A stretch of DNA of 64,000 bases from the human T2T-CHM13v2.0 reference genome, Homo sapiens: assembly GCF_009914755.1 (NCBI RefSeq), contig NC_060941.1; one strand, given 5' to 3'. Positions 40,001 through 55,108 of this stretch are shown one piece after another. A program made the position numbers and the translations under genes. The notes under the pieces were generated by a model that was not told the origin of the DNA, did no database searches, and worked only from the letters and a program-made list of their open reading frames with translations. Position 1 is the stretch's first letter, and every line of letters starts with the position of its first letter.

Positions 40001-43000
40001 TAACTAAATAAGTAACTATAAAAGCCAGAATTATTTTACATTTTGCATGGTTTGTAACTCCTATTTTTTTTCTATATGATTTAATAGGCAATGAGTTAAA
40101 CAGTGATTGCAAACCTATGTTAGTGGTCATAGAGTGTACAAAGATGCAGTATGTGATAATCACAATATAAAGGGAAAGGCAGGGACATACAGGAGCAAAG
40201 CTCTTATGACCTACCGAAACTAAGTTGATATTATTCAAACTAGGACGTCATAAGTTTAAGATATTAATTGTAATCCCCAAGAAAATAACTAAAATATGTA
40301 TAGAAAAAGAAAGAAAAAGGGACTCAAAGTGGCCCACTACAAAAAAAATGAACAAAATACAAAAATGAAGTAATTGAAGAAACAAAAACATGTAAGACAT
40401 ACATAAAACAAATATATAAATGGCTGAAGTAAATCTTTATCAGTGATCATATTAAATGTAAATGAACTAAACTCTGCTAGTAAAAAAAAAAATTGGCAGA
40501 TTGGATTTAAAAACCCACAGGCTTCATGTATATTCAGTGTATAAGAGACTTACTTTAGATTAAAAAAAAATACAAAGCCAGAATTATTTTACTTTTTGCG
40601 TGGTTTGTAACTCCAATTTTTTCCTATATGATTTAATAGGCAATGAGTAAAATAGTGGTAAAATAGAAGTTGAAAGTAAAAGAATGGAAAAGGTATTTTA
40701 TGCAAATAGAAAGCAAAAGAGAGCTGGGGCAGCTATACTGTTGTCAGACAAAGCAGACTTTAAATCACAAAAAAATTACAAAAGACAAAGAAGGACAATA
40801 TATATTAATAAAGGGGATACAGCATAAAGATGTAACAATTATAAATGTATACACACCTAATGACAGGGTTCCAAAATATATGAAACAAAAATTGACAGAG
40901 TTGAAGGGAGTAATAGATAGTCCTACACTAATATTGGGATATTTCAGTACCTCACTTTCAATAATAAGACAGAACTACCAGACACATAAATAAGAAAATA
41001 GAGGACATCAAGAACACTATAAACCAATTAGACATCACAGACATATAGACAACGCTCAATGCAACAACAGCAGAATACACATTCTTTTCAAGTGCACATG
41101 GAACATTCTCCAGGATAGACCTTATGTTCAGCCACAAAACAAGGCTAAACTTTAAAATTTTTTAATTTTTTAAAATTAAAATTATTCAAAGTTTCTTTTC
41201 TGATCATAGTGGTATAAAACTACAGATCAATAACAGAAGGAAAATTGGAAAATTCACAAATATGTGTAAATTAAACAACACGCTCTTCAACAACAAATTG
41301 GTCGAAGAAGAAATGACAGGGGAAATTATAAAATATCTTGAGACAAATGAAAATGAAAATACAACATACCAAAAGTTATGAAATACAACAAAAGCAATGC
41401 AAAGAGGGAAATTCATGTAAATACATACACTGAAAAAGAAGAATCATAACCTGATCATAACTAAATCATAACCTAATTATATACCTTGAGGAAATAAAAA
41501 TAGAACAAACCAAATCCAAAAATAGCAGAAGGAAAGAAATAATGAATACTAGAGCAGAGATCAATAACACAGAGAATGAAAAAACAATAGAGAAAATCAA
41601 CAAAACCAAAAGCTCCTCTTTGAAAAGATCAACAAAATTGACAAACCTTTAGGTAGACTGACTATGAAAAAGAGAGATGACTCATATTATTAAAATCAGA
41701 AATGACATTAAGAACTTTATTACTTATTTTACAGAAATAAAAAGGATTATAAAAGAATACTATAAACAATGGTACACCAACAAATTGGATAACCTAGATA
41801 AAAATGGACATATTCTTAGAAATACACAATCTACCAAAACTGATGAATGAACAGAAAATTTGAATACTCCTATAACGAGATTGAATCAGTAATCAGAAAC
41901 CTACCAGTGACAAGCTCAGGACAAGACTGCTTTACTAGTGAATTCTACCAAAACATTTAAAAAAGAATGAACACCAATTCTTCTGAAACTCTTCCCAAAA
42001 ACCAAAGAGAAAAGAACACTTCCTAACTCATTCATGAAGTCAGCATTACACTAATACAAAATTACAATAAAGATGTCACAAGGAGAGAAAATTACACACG
42101 AATATGTCTTATGTATACAAATTGAACCCAATGGCACATGAAAAGTTTATTCACCATAACCAAGTGGGATTTATTTTTGGAGTGCAATGGTAGTTCCACA
42201 CTAAAGGAATGAATAATAAAACTTAGTGGTCTTCTCAATTGATGCAGAAAAAGCACTTGACTAAATCCAACTTTTTTTAATGATAAAAACACTTGAGAAG
42301 CTAGGAATAGAAAGTAACTTTCCTATCATGATAAAGGCCATATTTGAGATCCCACATTCTCAATGGTGAAAGTGAAAGCTTTGCCCTAAGATCAGAACAA
42401 GGCCAGGATACACACATTTGCCACTTCTTTTCAACATAGCACCAGGAGAACTAGCCAGAGCACTTAGACAAGAAAAAGAAATAGAAGTATCCACAGTGGA
42501 AAGGAGAGCATAAGATTATCTCTGTTCACAGATAACCCGATCTTATATGTAGAAAACCCTAACAATTCCATTCAATGGGGAAAAGGACAGTCTCTTCCAT
42601 AAATGATGCTGAAAAAATTGGATATTCACATGCAAGAGAATGAAATTGAATGCTTACCTAATGCCACATACAAAAATTAACTCAAAATGGACTAAGTGCT
42701 AAAACTATAAAACTTTTGGAAGAAAACATAGGGGAAAATCTCCATGCACTAAATTTGACAATGATATCTTGGATACAGCACCAAAGGCATAGGCAATGAA
42801 AGGAAAAAATTAGATAAATTGGACTTCATCAAAATTTAAAACTTTTGTGCACCAAAGGACACTATTGAGAGAGTGAAAAGACAACTCACAGAATGGGAGA
42901 AAATATCTTCAAATCATATACCTAATATGGGGTTAATATCCAGAATATATAAAGAACTCCTAAAACTCAACAACAAAAAACCAAACAACTCAAGTCAAAA

Positions 43001-43960
43001 CTGAGCAAAAGGCTTGAATCAGCATTTCTCCAAATAAAACATTCAAGTGGTCAACAAGCACAAGAAAAGATGCTCAACATCATTAGTCATTAGGGAAATG
43101 CAAATTAAAACCACAATGAGATATCATTTCACACCCATTAGGATGGCTATTATTAAAAATGGAAAATAAGCAGCGTTAGAGATCTGAAGCAAGTGGATGT
43201 GAAGGCACTGCTCATGGGAATGTATAACAGAGCAACAGCTGTGGAAAAGTCTGGCAGATCCTCAAAAAGACAAACATAAAACTACCACAAGACCCAGTAA
43301 TTCCACTCCTAAGCAAACATCCAAAAGAACTGAAACAGGGATGTGAACAGATACTTGTGCCCCAACATTCAGAACAGCATATTCACAACAGCCAAAGGTG
43401 GAAACAGCCCAATCGTTTATCAGCACATGAATGGACAAAGAAAATATGTTACAGGTACACAGGATACTATGATGTTATTAAAATGAATGGAATACTTATA
43501 CATGCTACAATGTGGATAAACTTTGAAGATATTATGCTAAGTGAAATAAGACAGTCATAGAGAGACAAATATTGTACAATTTCCCTTACCTGAGGGAAGT
43601 AGAAGAGGCAAATTCACAGAGTTAGAGAGTAAAATAGAGGTTAGCACAGGCAGCCGTTATTGATTAATGGGGTACAGAATTTCTTTCTGGGGCCATAAAA
43701 AAGTTTTGGATATAGATAGTGGTGCTTGTGCATGTACGTAATGCCACTTCATTGAATATGTCATGATGATTAAAATGATAAAAGTTTCATTATATATATT
43801 TTACCAGCAAAAAGTGGAAGTAGAAAGCAGAAAGTAAGCAGAAAATGGAGCAATGCCTTAAAGTTTAGGATAGAAAGTTATTTTCAGTCTAGAACATTGT
43901 TATCTATCAAGTGCGAGGTAGAATAAAGACGTTCTCAGACATGCAAGATCTTGGAAGCTA
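37100..43960 (+). mobile_element. Composite about 6.8-kb block of old L1M fragments (ORF1, ORF2 endonuclease/RT remnants, 3' UTRs)
   Basis: A-rich + strand. ORF 40670..40993 resembles the L1 endonuclease (KDKEGQYILIKG...INVYTPN). Confidence 0.85.
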
Positions 43961-44293
43961 CTGGAGGGCTTGCTCCACTGAATCTGGGGAGTGGCCAAAA
44001 AAACCACGGGTAGAACAGGACCCCTGTCAGCAGAGAGGAAGATGGACATTCTCAGCATGATGGTGAAGGACTTCCCCAGTGACAGCTGCTTGAAGGTCTA
44101 GAGGGTACTCTATCCCAGCTAAAATGGAAGAAGGGTAAATGTCACCAGTGAAAATACAGAAGTGATAAGTGAGGATGTCTGACCAACTGACAGGGTGGAT
44201 TTGTCCCAGAGCTGGAGATGAATTACCTGCATGGAAAACAGAGGAGTTACCAACTCCAGGGAAACAAAAGACATTACTGAGAAAAGAAAGGTA

Positions 44294-44620
44294 GGCCAGG
44301 TGTGGTGGCTCATGCCTGTTCTCCAATCACTTTGGGAGACCAAGGCAGGTGGATCATTTGAGGTCAGGAGTTCGAGACCAGCCTGGCCAATATGGTGAAA
44401 CCCTGTCTTCACTGAAAATACAAAAATTAGCTGGGTGTGGTGGTGCATGCCTGTAATCTCAGCTACTTGAGAAGCTGAGGCAGGAGAATCACTTGAAACC
44501 AGGAGACAGAGGTTGCAGCGAGCTAAGATTGTGCCACTGCACTCCAGCCTGGGCCACAGAGTGAGACTCGGTCTCCCCCCCCAAAAAAAAAGAAAGAAAA
44601 AAAAAAGAAAGGAAAAGAAA
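44294..44620 (+). mobile_element. AluS element
   Basis: Consensus match, TSD gaaaagaaaggta. Confidence 0.92.
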
Positions 44621-45547
44621 GGTAATCATAGGACATGTACAGCAGCTCAGCTGTGGGCAATATTTATATTGTCATAAATAAATGAGCCATCTGAGTCAAC
44701 AAATAAGGTGGAGATGTGGAATTATTCCTTCTGTAAAAGAGTTTACTCACTGTGAGAGCCATTAGACCATTGTCAGTGAGCAAAGGCAAAAACAGGCTTT
44801 CTAGGAGAGAGCAAGGAGAAGGGGAAGAACAAAACTGCAGAGGAGTTGACATTCTGGAGCAGAGCCGGCAGCCAGCAGGTCTATCTTGACTCCAACTGAA
44901 AACGCACCCCTCCTTCACCGGGGGCCGGGGGAGGGGAAGCTGCATGCATGCAGATAGTGACGTCCAAGTTAAGTTCTCACCTTAGAAAGTGGGGAATCAA
45001 TCCAGAGCGTCTAAAATGGACAAGTCAAGGACCAGCAGGGGGAGTGGACCAGATTCTGAGCCACTTTGGGGATGAGCCTGGGGAAAGCCACAGGGCAGCC
45101 CTGCTTGGAACCCTGGGCTGTGAGTCATGGGGCTGGTACTCCTTGCTGTGTGACCTTGGGCACGACTTCTGCTCTTGGACACCCAGCGTCCTCCCCTGTA
45201 AGATGAGGATGCTGTTGCTTACTCACAGAATCACTGTGAGCAGCATATGCATGGCAGGTGCCTAGTATGGTATTGAGCACGTTAGTAAAGACAACCCCCT
45301 GAGCTGCTGCCCTTATTAATATTGCCATTTCTTATGATAAGGAGTGCTGTGCTGGACAAGGCCTACACCTGGATCGAGACAACAAAAATTTTAGGGGCCA
45401 ATTCCTGTTGGCGTGAGCCAACTCCCTCTTTTCCTCCTTGGTGGGGAGGTGTCTGTGCAGGAGTGAAGGAGCAGGGTTGGGGCGATGGGTGGGCTCCTCA
45501 TTCTTGCCCTTTACAATTTCACCAAGAAAACCTGTAGATGTGACTGA

Positions 45548-45918
<371 letters not shown>

Positions 45919-46119
45919 TTTCTCATCCAGTCTTTCAAGCAAACACTGACTGCAAACTTGGGCTGGGGGCTATGAGTTGAGCTCACCAGTGGGGTAGGGG
46001 CAGGAGAGGATTCCAGCGTGCAGAGATAGGGTGTGTGCCCCGATAAGGCTGCAGCCTGAGACCTGAGGGATGTGCATGGGAATGGACGGTGACCTTACAA
46101 CCTGGCTTCTGCTAACTGG

Positions 46120-46255
46120 GAAGGAGAAGGAGGAAGAAATGGAGGAGGAAAAGAAGGATGAGGAAGAGGAGGCAGAAGAGGAGAAGAAGGGAAAAAGAAG
46201 AGAGATGAGGAAGACAGGGAAGAGAAGGAGAGAAGGAAGGAGGAGGAGGAAAAGA
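46120..46255. repeat. GA-rich low-complexity tract
   Basis: gaggaa/gaag units. Confidence 0.9.
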
Positions 46256-46405
46256 TGGCTTTTGGTTTCTGTGAGCTGTATATGCTTTTTCCCCGGGCTA
46301 TTTTGAAATACTGAAAATGGCTCTAAGACCCCCCTGCCTGCTCCCACCTCCACTCAGAATGAACCTTCAGAGATGTTCAAGGTTGAGAGTCCACCATCTC
46401 CATGC

Positions 46406-46709
<304 letters not shown>

Positions 46710-47185
46710 TCCCATGCTGGTTCTAAAGGAAGAAGAACTTAGTTAGGTCCTGGGAAAACTGGTCAAGTCACCTTCTCAGTTTTCTGTTTGTGAAATGGGG
46801 ACAGCCACTTCTACCCATCATAATTTTCACCTCCTGCCAGCTCATGTTGAAAACGGATTCGCCATGGTTCAGTGACCCAGAGTGTGCCGGAGTGAAGTGC
46901 CCGTGGTGGGGAAAGCACGGCTGAGTCATCTTGGGAAGGACTCTGGCTGTGCACAACCTCAGTTTTCCTGACCTGTAAAATGGACACTCTAGACTTTCTT
47001 TTGTAGATCTTCTCAAGGGTGTGTACATGACAAGCATGTAACTGGCCCAAGACATGGCTGCTGCTACTGGTATAATAACTACCAGTAGTGATATAAATAG
47101 TATGAAATATAATGGGTTAATAGTTATCATTTTATAATAATTTATAATAATGTAAAATAATTTTAATATTAGTGATAATTAACAT

Positions 47186-47340
47186 TTTCTTTTGTAGAGA
47201 CAGGGTCTTGCTCTGTCTCTACAAAATTACAGTGGTGCAATCATAGCTCACTGCAGCCTTGAACTCCTGGGTTCAAGTGATTCTTTCCCCTCAGCTTCCC
47301 AATTAGCTAAGACAACAGCTGTGAGCCCCTGTGCCCAGCC
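47186..47340 (-). mobile_element. Alu monomer (FLAM/AluJ-like)
   Basis: Single-arm Alu reverse match. Confidence 0.8.
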
Positions 47341-48041
47341 AATGATAATCATTAATAATGATAGTAGCATCAAATTAGTGCTCTGGGCTGGGGGAACTAC
47401 CCCCAGAACCTGAACTCCCAGAACCCACTGCTGGGTGACATTTCTTGTTGGTAATGTGACATTTCAGGGTATAGCCATTCTGCCTCCCCGTACTGTCTCA
47501 TTTGTCTCTGAATCCAGTGCCTTCCAAGATAGCAGGCACACAGCAGGTGCTGGATAAATGCTAATCAGTAGCTGGATATAGTTGTACTCAGTAAAGACTT
47601 GCGGAAGGAAAAGCAAGCCGCATTCTTGCACTGTGCTGATAGACAGCTGGGCAGGGATCATACTGAGTTTCAGCAGCAGCTCCCTCCCTGCCTGCATCTC
47701 CTCCATCCAGGGAGGATGCAGGGAGAGGTGGCCTGGTGGGGAAAGGTGAAAGTCCTGGGTGTTGCTTTCAACACTTGGGAGAGAGGATTCTTGGCACAAA
47801 GTGACTGGGCCAGAAACGAGCACAGGAAATAATTTCCCTCAGATCGAAAAGCAACCCGCTAAAATATTTAAATGTGAAAAGAATAAAAACATGTAAATTT
47901 AATAGAGAAGAAACCATTTCATAATTTTTTTACATCATCAAAGTGTGAAAGGTCTTTCTAACTATGACCCAAAATCTCTAAAAGAAAAGACGCATAACAT
48001 AGAATCCACAAAACAACAGGCAAACAAAAAAACTTTTTTAT

Positions 48042-48372
<331 letters not shown>

Positions 48373-48817
48373 CCCCAAAACTTCTCTATGACAACAAACA
48401 CCCAATTCCAAAGACATATGAAAAACAGGCACAAAACCTTTGCAACTCAGATCTAAAGAATAAGCAGAAAAATAAAGAGCTACCCATGAGAAAAATGGGC
48501 AAAGGTCATGAATAGACAGTTCACAGTCAGGGAAATACAACATAAGGATGCTTGGTCTCATTCAAAAGAGACAGGCAAATTCAAACTACACTGATACCAT
48601 ATTCATGCTGAGATTGTTAAAACTCCAAAAGTTTAGTAAAACCTTCTATTGGCAGAGCCTGTGGGGAGAGTGGCATTCTTATTCATTGTGGAAGGAGAGT
48701 AAATAGAAATAACCCCCATGGAGGGTAATTTGGCAACATTTGTCAAAATTACTGATGGATTTACCCACTGACCCAGTGATTAAACTTTGAAATTTATCCC
48801 GAAGTGTGAAATGATAA

Positions 48818-49207
<390 letters not shown>

Positions 49208-49541
49208 AATTGCAGCAACATTTGTAATAGCAGAAGATTAAAAGTAACCCAACATCCATCAGCAGGGAATTGACTGAGTAAATTACAGTACATTTATACA
49301 CTAGATTGTTCTGTAGCTATCAACAAAAGTAATGAGGAAGCTCTCTGTATGTTGCTGTGGAAAGAACAGCAAGGCATATTAACTAAAAAACAAAAATAAA
49401 AACAAAACAAGGTATATAACGGCATGGCTCATAGGCCCTGTTTTTGTTTTGGAGGTTATTTTTGAAAAAAGGGGGAAATTCTAATCATATTTGTAAATGG
49501 TCATGTATACATTAAAAAATTGTGTTAAAAATAAGAAACCA

Positions 49542-49860
49542 GGCCGGGCGCAGTGGCTCACACCTGTAATCCCAGCACTTTGGGAGGCCGAGGCTGGCGG
49601 ATCACGAGGTCAGGCTAACCTGACCTAACATAGTGAAACCCCGTCTCTACTAAAAATATATAAAAAAAAAATTAGCCGGGCATGGTGGTGGGTGCCTGTA
49701 GTCCCAGCTATTCAGGAGGCTGAGGCAGGAGAATGGCGTGAACCCAGGAGGCGGGGCTTGCAGTGAGTGGGGATCACGCCACTGCACTCCAGCCTGGGCG
49801 ACAGAGTGAGACTCCGTCTCAAAAAAAAAAAAAAAAAAAAAGAAAGAAAGAAAAAAAAAA
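49542..49860 (+). mobile_element. AluY-like element
   Basis: Consensus match with a small internal rearrangement. Confidence 0.9.
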
Positions 49861-49924
49861 GAAACCAAACACACTATTTTAAGGAAAATATTTAAGAAAA
49901 AATTTAATAAAAGAAATGCAAGAA

Positions 49925-50240
<316 letters not shown>

Positions 50241-50254
50241 AAGAAATGCAAGAC

Positions 50255-51775
50255 ATACATGAAAACTAAAAAACATTGCTGAAGGAAATTAAGGATTTAA
50301 ATAAATGGAAAGCCATCCCATGCTCATGGATTGAAAGAAAACAAAGCATAGTTGGAAGACTCATGTTTCCCTACTTCAAAACTTATTGCAAGGCAATGCT
50401 AATTAAGATAGGGTGGTACTGGCATCAGACAGGCATAAATCAACAGAATATAATTGAGAGCCCAAAAATAAAGCCTAACAGTTATGATCAATGGATTTTC
50501 AACAAGGATACCCAGACTATTCAATGGGAGAAAGAATAGTGTTTTCAAAAATGATGCTGGGTCAACTGGGTATTCACATACAAAAGAATGAATTTGGACC
50601 ATTATCTCACACCACACACAAACATTAACTCAAAGTAGATCATAGACTTACATGTAAGAGCTAAAACCACAGAACTCATAGAAGAAAACATAGAAGTAAA
50701 TCTTCATGATTTGAGGCTAGGCAGTGACACCAAATGTGCGTGTGATAGAAGAGAAGATTGATCAAAATTGGACTTAATCAAATGAAAAACTTTTGTGTTC
50801 CAAAGCAAATCATGAAGAAAGTAAAAAGACAATTCACTAACTTGGAGAAAATAGGTTCAAATATTATACCTGAAAAGGAGCTTGTATCCAAAATATATAA
50901 AGAATGCTTATAACAGAATAATGAAAAGGCAACCCAATTTTTATATGGGCTAAATATTTCAATAGGCATTTTCCCCAAAAAAACCATATAAATGGCTAAA
51001 GAAGCACATGAAAAGATGCTTAACATCATTTGTCACTAGGGAAATGCAAATCCAAACCACAGTGAGATACCACCTCACACCCCTTGGGATGGCTAGAATG
51101 AGAAAGACAGTCAATGACAAATGTCGGTGAAGATGTGGAGAAATTGGAACCCTCATGCATGAAGTGAATTATAAAATAGTGCAGCTGCTTTGGAAAGCAT
51201 TTTGCAGTTCCTTAAAATGTTAAACATAGAATTTATCATATGACCCAGCAATTCCACTTGTAGGTATCTATCTACTTAAGAGAAATGAAGACATGTTCAC
51301 CCAAAACTTGAATCCAAAAGTTCATAGAAGCTTTCTTAATAATCACAGTGACAAAAAAAGTAGAAACAACCCAAATGTCCATCCACCGATGACTGGAAAA
51401 GCCACATGACATATCCATAAAGTGGAATGTTACTTGGCCACAAAACTGAAGCAAGTACTGATACCTGCTACAACATGGACGGCCCTTGAAAACATTATGC
51501 CAAGTGGAAGCAGCTAGTCACAATACATCACATATGATTCCATTTATGGAAAATGTCCAAAACAGGCAAATCTATAGAGACAGAGAGTAGATTAGCCTGG
51601 GGCTAGGGAGGAATGAAGACTGACAAAGTTTCTTTTTGGGGTCATCAAAATCTTCCAAAATTAGCTTATGGTGATGGTTGCACAACTCTGTAAATATACT
51701 AAAAACACAGACTTGTATGCTTTACACAGGTGAATTTCATGGCATGTAAGTTATATGTAAATAAAGCTGCTTATT
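50255..51775 (+). mobile_element. Old L1M 3' portion (ORF2 C-terminus and 3' UTR)
   Basis: ORF 50276..50539 reads LNKWKAIPCSWI...FKTYCKA. Confidence 0.85.
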
Positions 51776-53133
51776 CTAGGGGAGGTGGGAACTGGGCAGA
51801 TGGAGGACAAGGAGGAAGAAAAGACTTTCTATTATATATCTTTCAATACTTTCTGGGTTTCAAACCATCTGACTATACTATCTATTCAAAGGCAAATCTA
51901 AAATCAAAGGATCAAACAAAATTAAAGGCAGACCCGATTCTCCCCACTTTTGGGTTGGGGAGCAAAGAGGGAGAAAGCCACCACCCGCCGCATATCACCG
52001 TGAAGGGTTGGTTGAGTGGAAGGTGGGCAGGACGTTCTATGTGACAAGGGCAGCCTTGGAGATGTTCCAAGACCCATTCATTGCCTGGACCAAAGCCACC
52101 AAAAGCCACTGGACCTGACAGAGAGACAGTGCCTGACTGACCAGACAGCAGATGCCAAGCTGACCAGAGGGCCTGTCCCCGCCCCCTCCTCTACCACCAT
52201 GTGGACCTACATAAAATCCCAGAACCATCATCAAGTGCCAAAGGAGGGCAGGAAAACCCCATGACTGACACCAGCCAGGCAGAATAGAAGCTTGAGAGAG
52301 AAGCTTCGTTGATGGAAAGGGAAGAAAGGGAACACCTCTCTGACACTAGCTGTGTGGGCTGGGCTCAGACTCTGGGCCGCCACAAATTTGGATGCAGGAT
52401 GGAGACTCTCTCCTGCACCCCGAGACCAGAGAGCAGCCAAGGAGGGTGATTCTCAGAGCCCTCTGCTTGTGCCTCCTCACGGGCTTGGCCGGTTAACAGG
52501 TGCTGCACCAAGAAAGAGCTCTGTGGTCGGATTAGTTTGAAAAACACTGGGTTAAAGAAAGTCAAGGCAGTTTTTTAACCGCAGGGCTTCTCAGAGCCTT
52601 TCCTCATGACTCCCCAAGAGGGGGTCTGGTAGTTTCATCAAAGCACTTTTGTGTGTTTGAGGGATGTCTGGTAGGAAAGACAGTCTTCTTCATTTTACAC
52701 TGAGGGGAAGCGGCTCAGCCAAGGTCCCAGAGTGGGCCAGTGGACAACCGGCCAGGGCTGATTCGGCAGCACCAGACAGCTTCTGCCACTGCCAGGTCAC
52801 AGTTCTAGCTGGGTCCTGACTCGTGGCCCCAGAGCACTGGGCAATTTCATCCTGTGTTAAGGCAGCCTCTGGTCACTGCCTTGTCCAAGTCTCTCAGAAA
52901 CTTTACATATTTGAGCCCCTGGCTGTGTAGATTCTGGGGACTTGGTGGCTGGACACAAAAAAGGACTGAAGAACAAATTTGCTCCCTGCCTGAGGTGTGG
53001 GACAGAGCAGCAGGCAGAGGCTGTGAATCTAGGCTGTGCCCCGGGTCCATCTGGCCATGGGTTCTGTCTGCACTAAAGGACCTGGGGCCCTTTCATAAAA
53101 CCTTAGAAACCCACCCTGATGAAAATGCTATAC

Positions 53134-53524
<391 letters not shown>

Positions 53525-53841
53525 TTATAGATTAAAACATAGCCAAAAGTCTAATGTGGGACAGGCTGATTTGAACAAGTCAACTGAGAAAGACATTGGT
53601 GAGACAGTTGGTACAGTTTGAACCCTGGCGGGCTATGTGATGATGTTCAGGAATTGTTGTTTCAGCAGGGGTGAAGGTATGATGCTTAGTTTTTTGTTTT
53701 GTTTTTAGGGTTTGTGTTCTTAAGGAATAAATCCTGTGGTCTCCACAACTCAAACAATCTGGTATTTGAGATTAGCATTAAAATGGTCCAGCGGGCATGT
53801 AAGGGGGAAAATGGGGGCTGTGCGGGGGCCATGGTGACAAA

Positions 53842-53851
53842 GGGAATTCCT
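53842..53851. promoter_or_regulatory. NF-kB-like site GGGAATTCCT in proximal intron 1
   Basis: 9/10 match to GGGRNYYYCC, 240 bp into intron 1. Confidence 0.35.
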
Positions 53852-54091
53852 GCCGGTGTGGCCAACCCTGCAACCTCAGTGGCTTCTGTCACGGAAGGCA
53901 AGCCCCACATCCCAGAGGCATCCAGACTCGGGGCTCTCCATGTGCAGGAGCTTGGGGAGGCTGGGACTGCCCCAGTGTGTGGATCTGCTGTGGGCTTTGC
54001 ACCTGCTGGACCTTGCAACCCCCACGGCACTCAGGCCCAACCCTCCTCACACCTCCCACCTGCCCTCCTGCCCTCCTGCCCGGCTACTCAC

Positions 54092-54152
54092 AGCGCTCCT
54101 CCTGGTCCACACGGCTCCGGCCACCTCGCCTGCTCCGGCCCAGGCCACTCAT
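54092..54152 (-). CDS. TNFRSF13B: TACI (TNF receptor superfamily 13B) coding exon 1, MSGLGRSRRGGRSRVDQEER(F)
   Basis: ATG at 54152-54150, 61 nt, followed by donor GTGAGT. Translation matches the TACI N-terminus. In-frame TGA two codons upstream of the ATG. Confidence 0.98.
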
Positions 54153-54194
54153 TACTCAGGATGCTTATTACTAGTCTTAGATTTGATTAGTGCT

Positions 54195-54245
54195 TGGGCT
54201 GCACTTCCTGGGTTTTCCCCTCAACCTGTTGGATGTAAATCAGCC
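54195..54245 (-). promoter_or_regulatory. TNFRSF13B: Putative TNFRSF13B proximal promoter: ETS core (CAGGAAGTG, 54210-54202) abutting a kB-like site (GGGAAAACCC, 54219-54210) and an octamer variant (ATGTAAAT, 54233-54240)
   Basis: Motif matches 50-90 bp upstream of the ATG. Function is inferred only. Confidence 0.45.
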
Positions 54246-54812
54246 ACACCCACTCCCGCCCCCATGCCTGTGCATTGGGTCTCAGGAGCCCAGGTGGGTG
54301 GCTGCGGCCCAGGCTCCTGGCGTCCCATGGGGTACACACAGAGCAGTGGAAGGCCTGCCGGGCCTTGCGATGAGGTATTGACTATGGGATGGCCCAGGCT
54401 CTTCTAGATCTGGCCTTGGCCATCCCTTGGTCCTCATCTCCTGCCCGCCGGCACACACCCCAAGCCAGGCCAGCTCTCCACCCTCCCAGCATCACTCAGG
54501 CCTTTCCCTCTTCCTGGGTATACTTATTCTATTCATTGCCTGGTCGGCTCCTCCTGCTCTTCCTTCAAGGCTCCATTGAGGTGTCACCTCCTCCAGGAAG
54601 CCATCCCTGACTGTCCCAGCCTGTCAGGTGGTACTCATTCTCTGTATCTCCTTGACCCTCTCCAACACCTAGCAGAGCACTGGAGAGGCTGAACCCCAGG
54701 ACCGGACAGCCTGCGTTTGAATCTTGACTCTGCTGCATACTAGCAGAAGGCCTTGGTGGCAATTTATGGAACTCTTCTGTGCCTCCATGTTCTCTGTGTA
54801 AAACAAGGATGA

Positions 54813-55108
54813 GGTCGGGCATGGTGGCTCACGCCTGTAATCCTAGCACTTTGGGAGGCCGAGGCAGGTGGATTGTCTGAGCTCAGGAGTTCGAGACCAT
54901 CCTGGGCAACACGGTGAAACCCCATCTCTACTAAAAAAAAATACAAAAAATTAGCCGGGTGTGGTGGCGCGTGCCTGTAGTCCCATCTATTTGGGAGGCT
55001 GTGGCAGGAGAATGAACCTGGGAGTCAGAGGTTGTAGTGAGCCGAGATCGTGCCATTGCACTCCAGCCTGGGCAACAGAGATGCCATCTCAAAAAAAAAA
55101 AAAAAAAA
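54813..55108 (+). mobile_element. AluS element inserted in MIR-like sequence about 0.7 kb upstream of the TACI ATG
   Basis: Consensus match, TSD aaggatga. Confidence 0.9.

Noticed and set aside
40670-40993. Endonuclease-like ORF, also RT-like ORFs at 29073 and 50276
   Set aside because: Decayed L1 ORF2 fragments flanked by stops and frameshifts.
46070-46306. Glu/Lys/Arg-rich ORF
   Set aside because: Translation of a GA-rich low-complexity tract.
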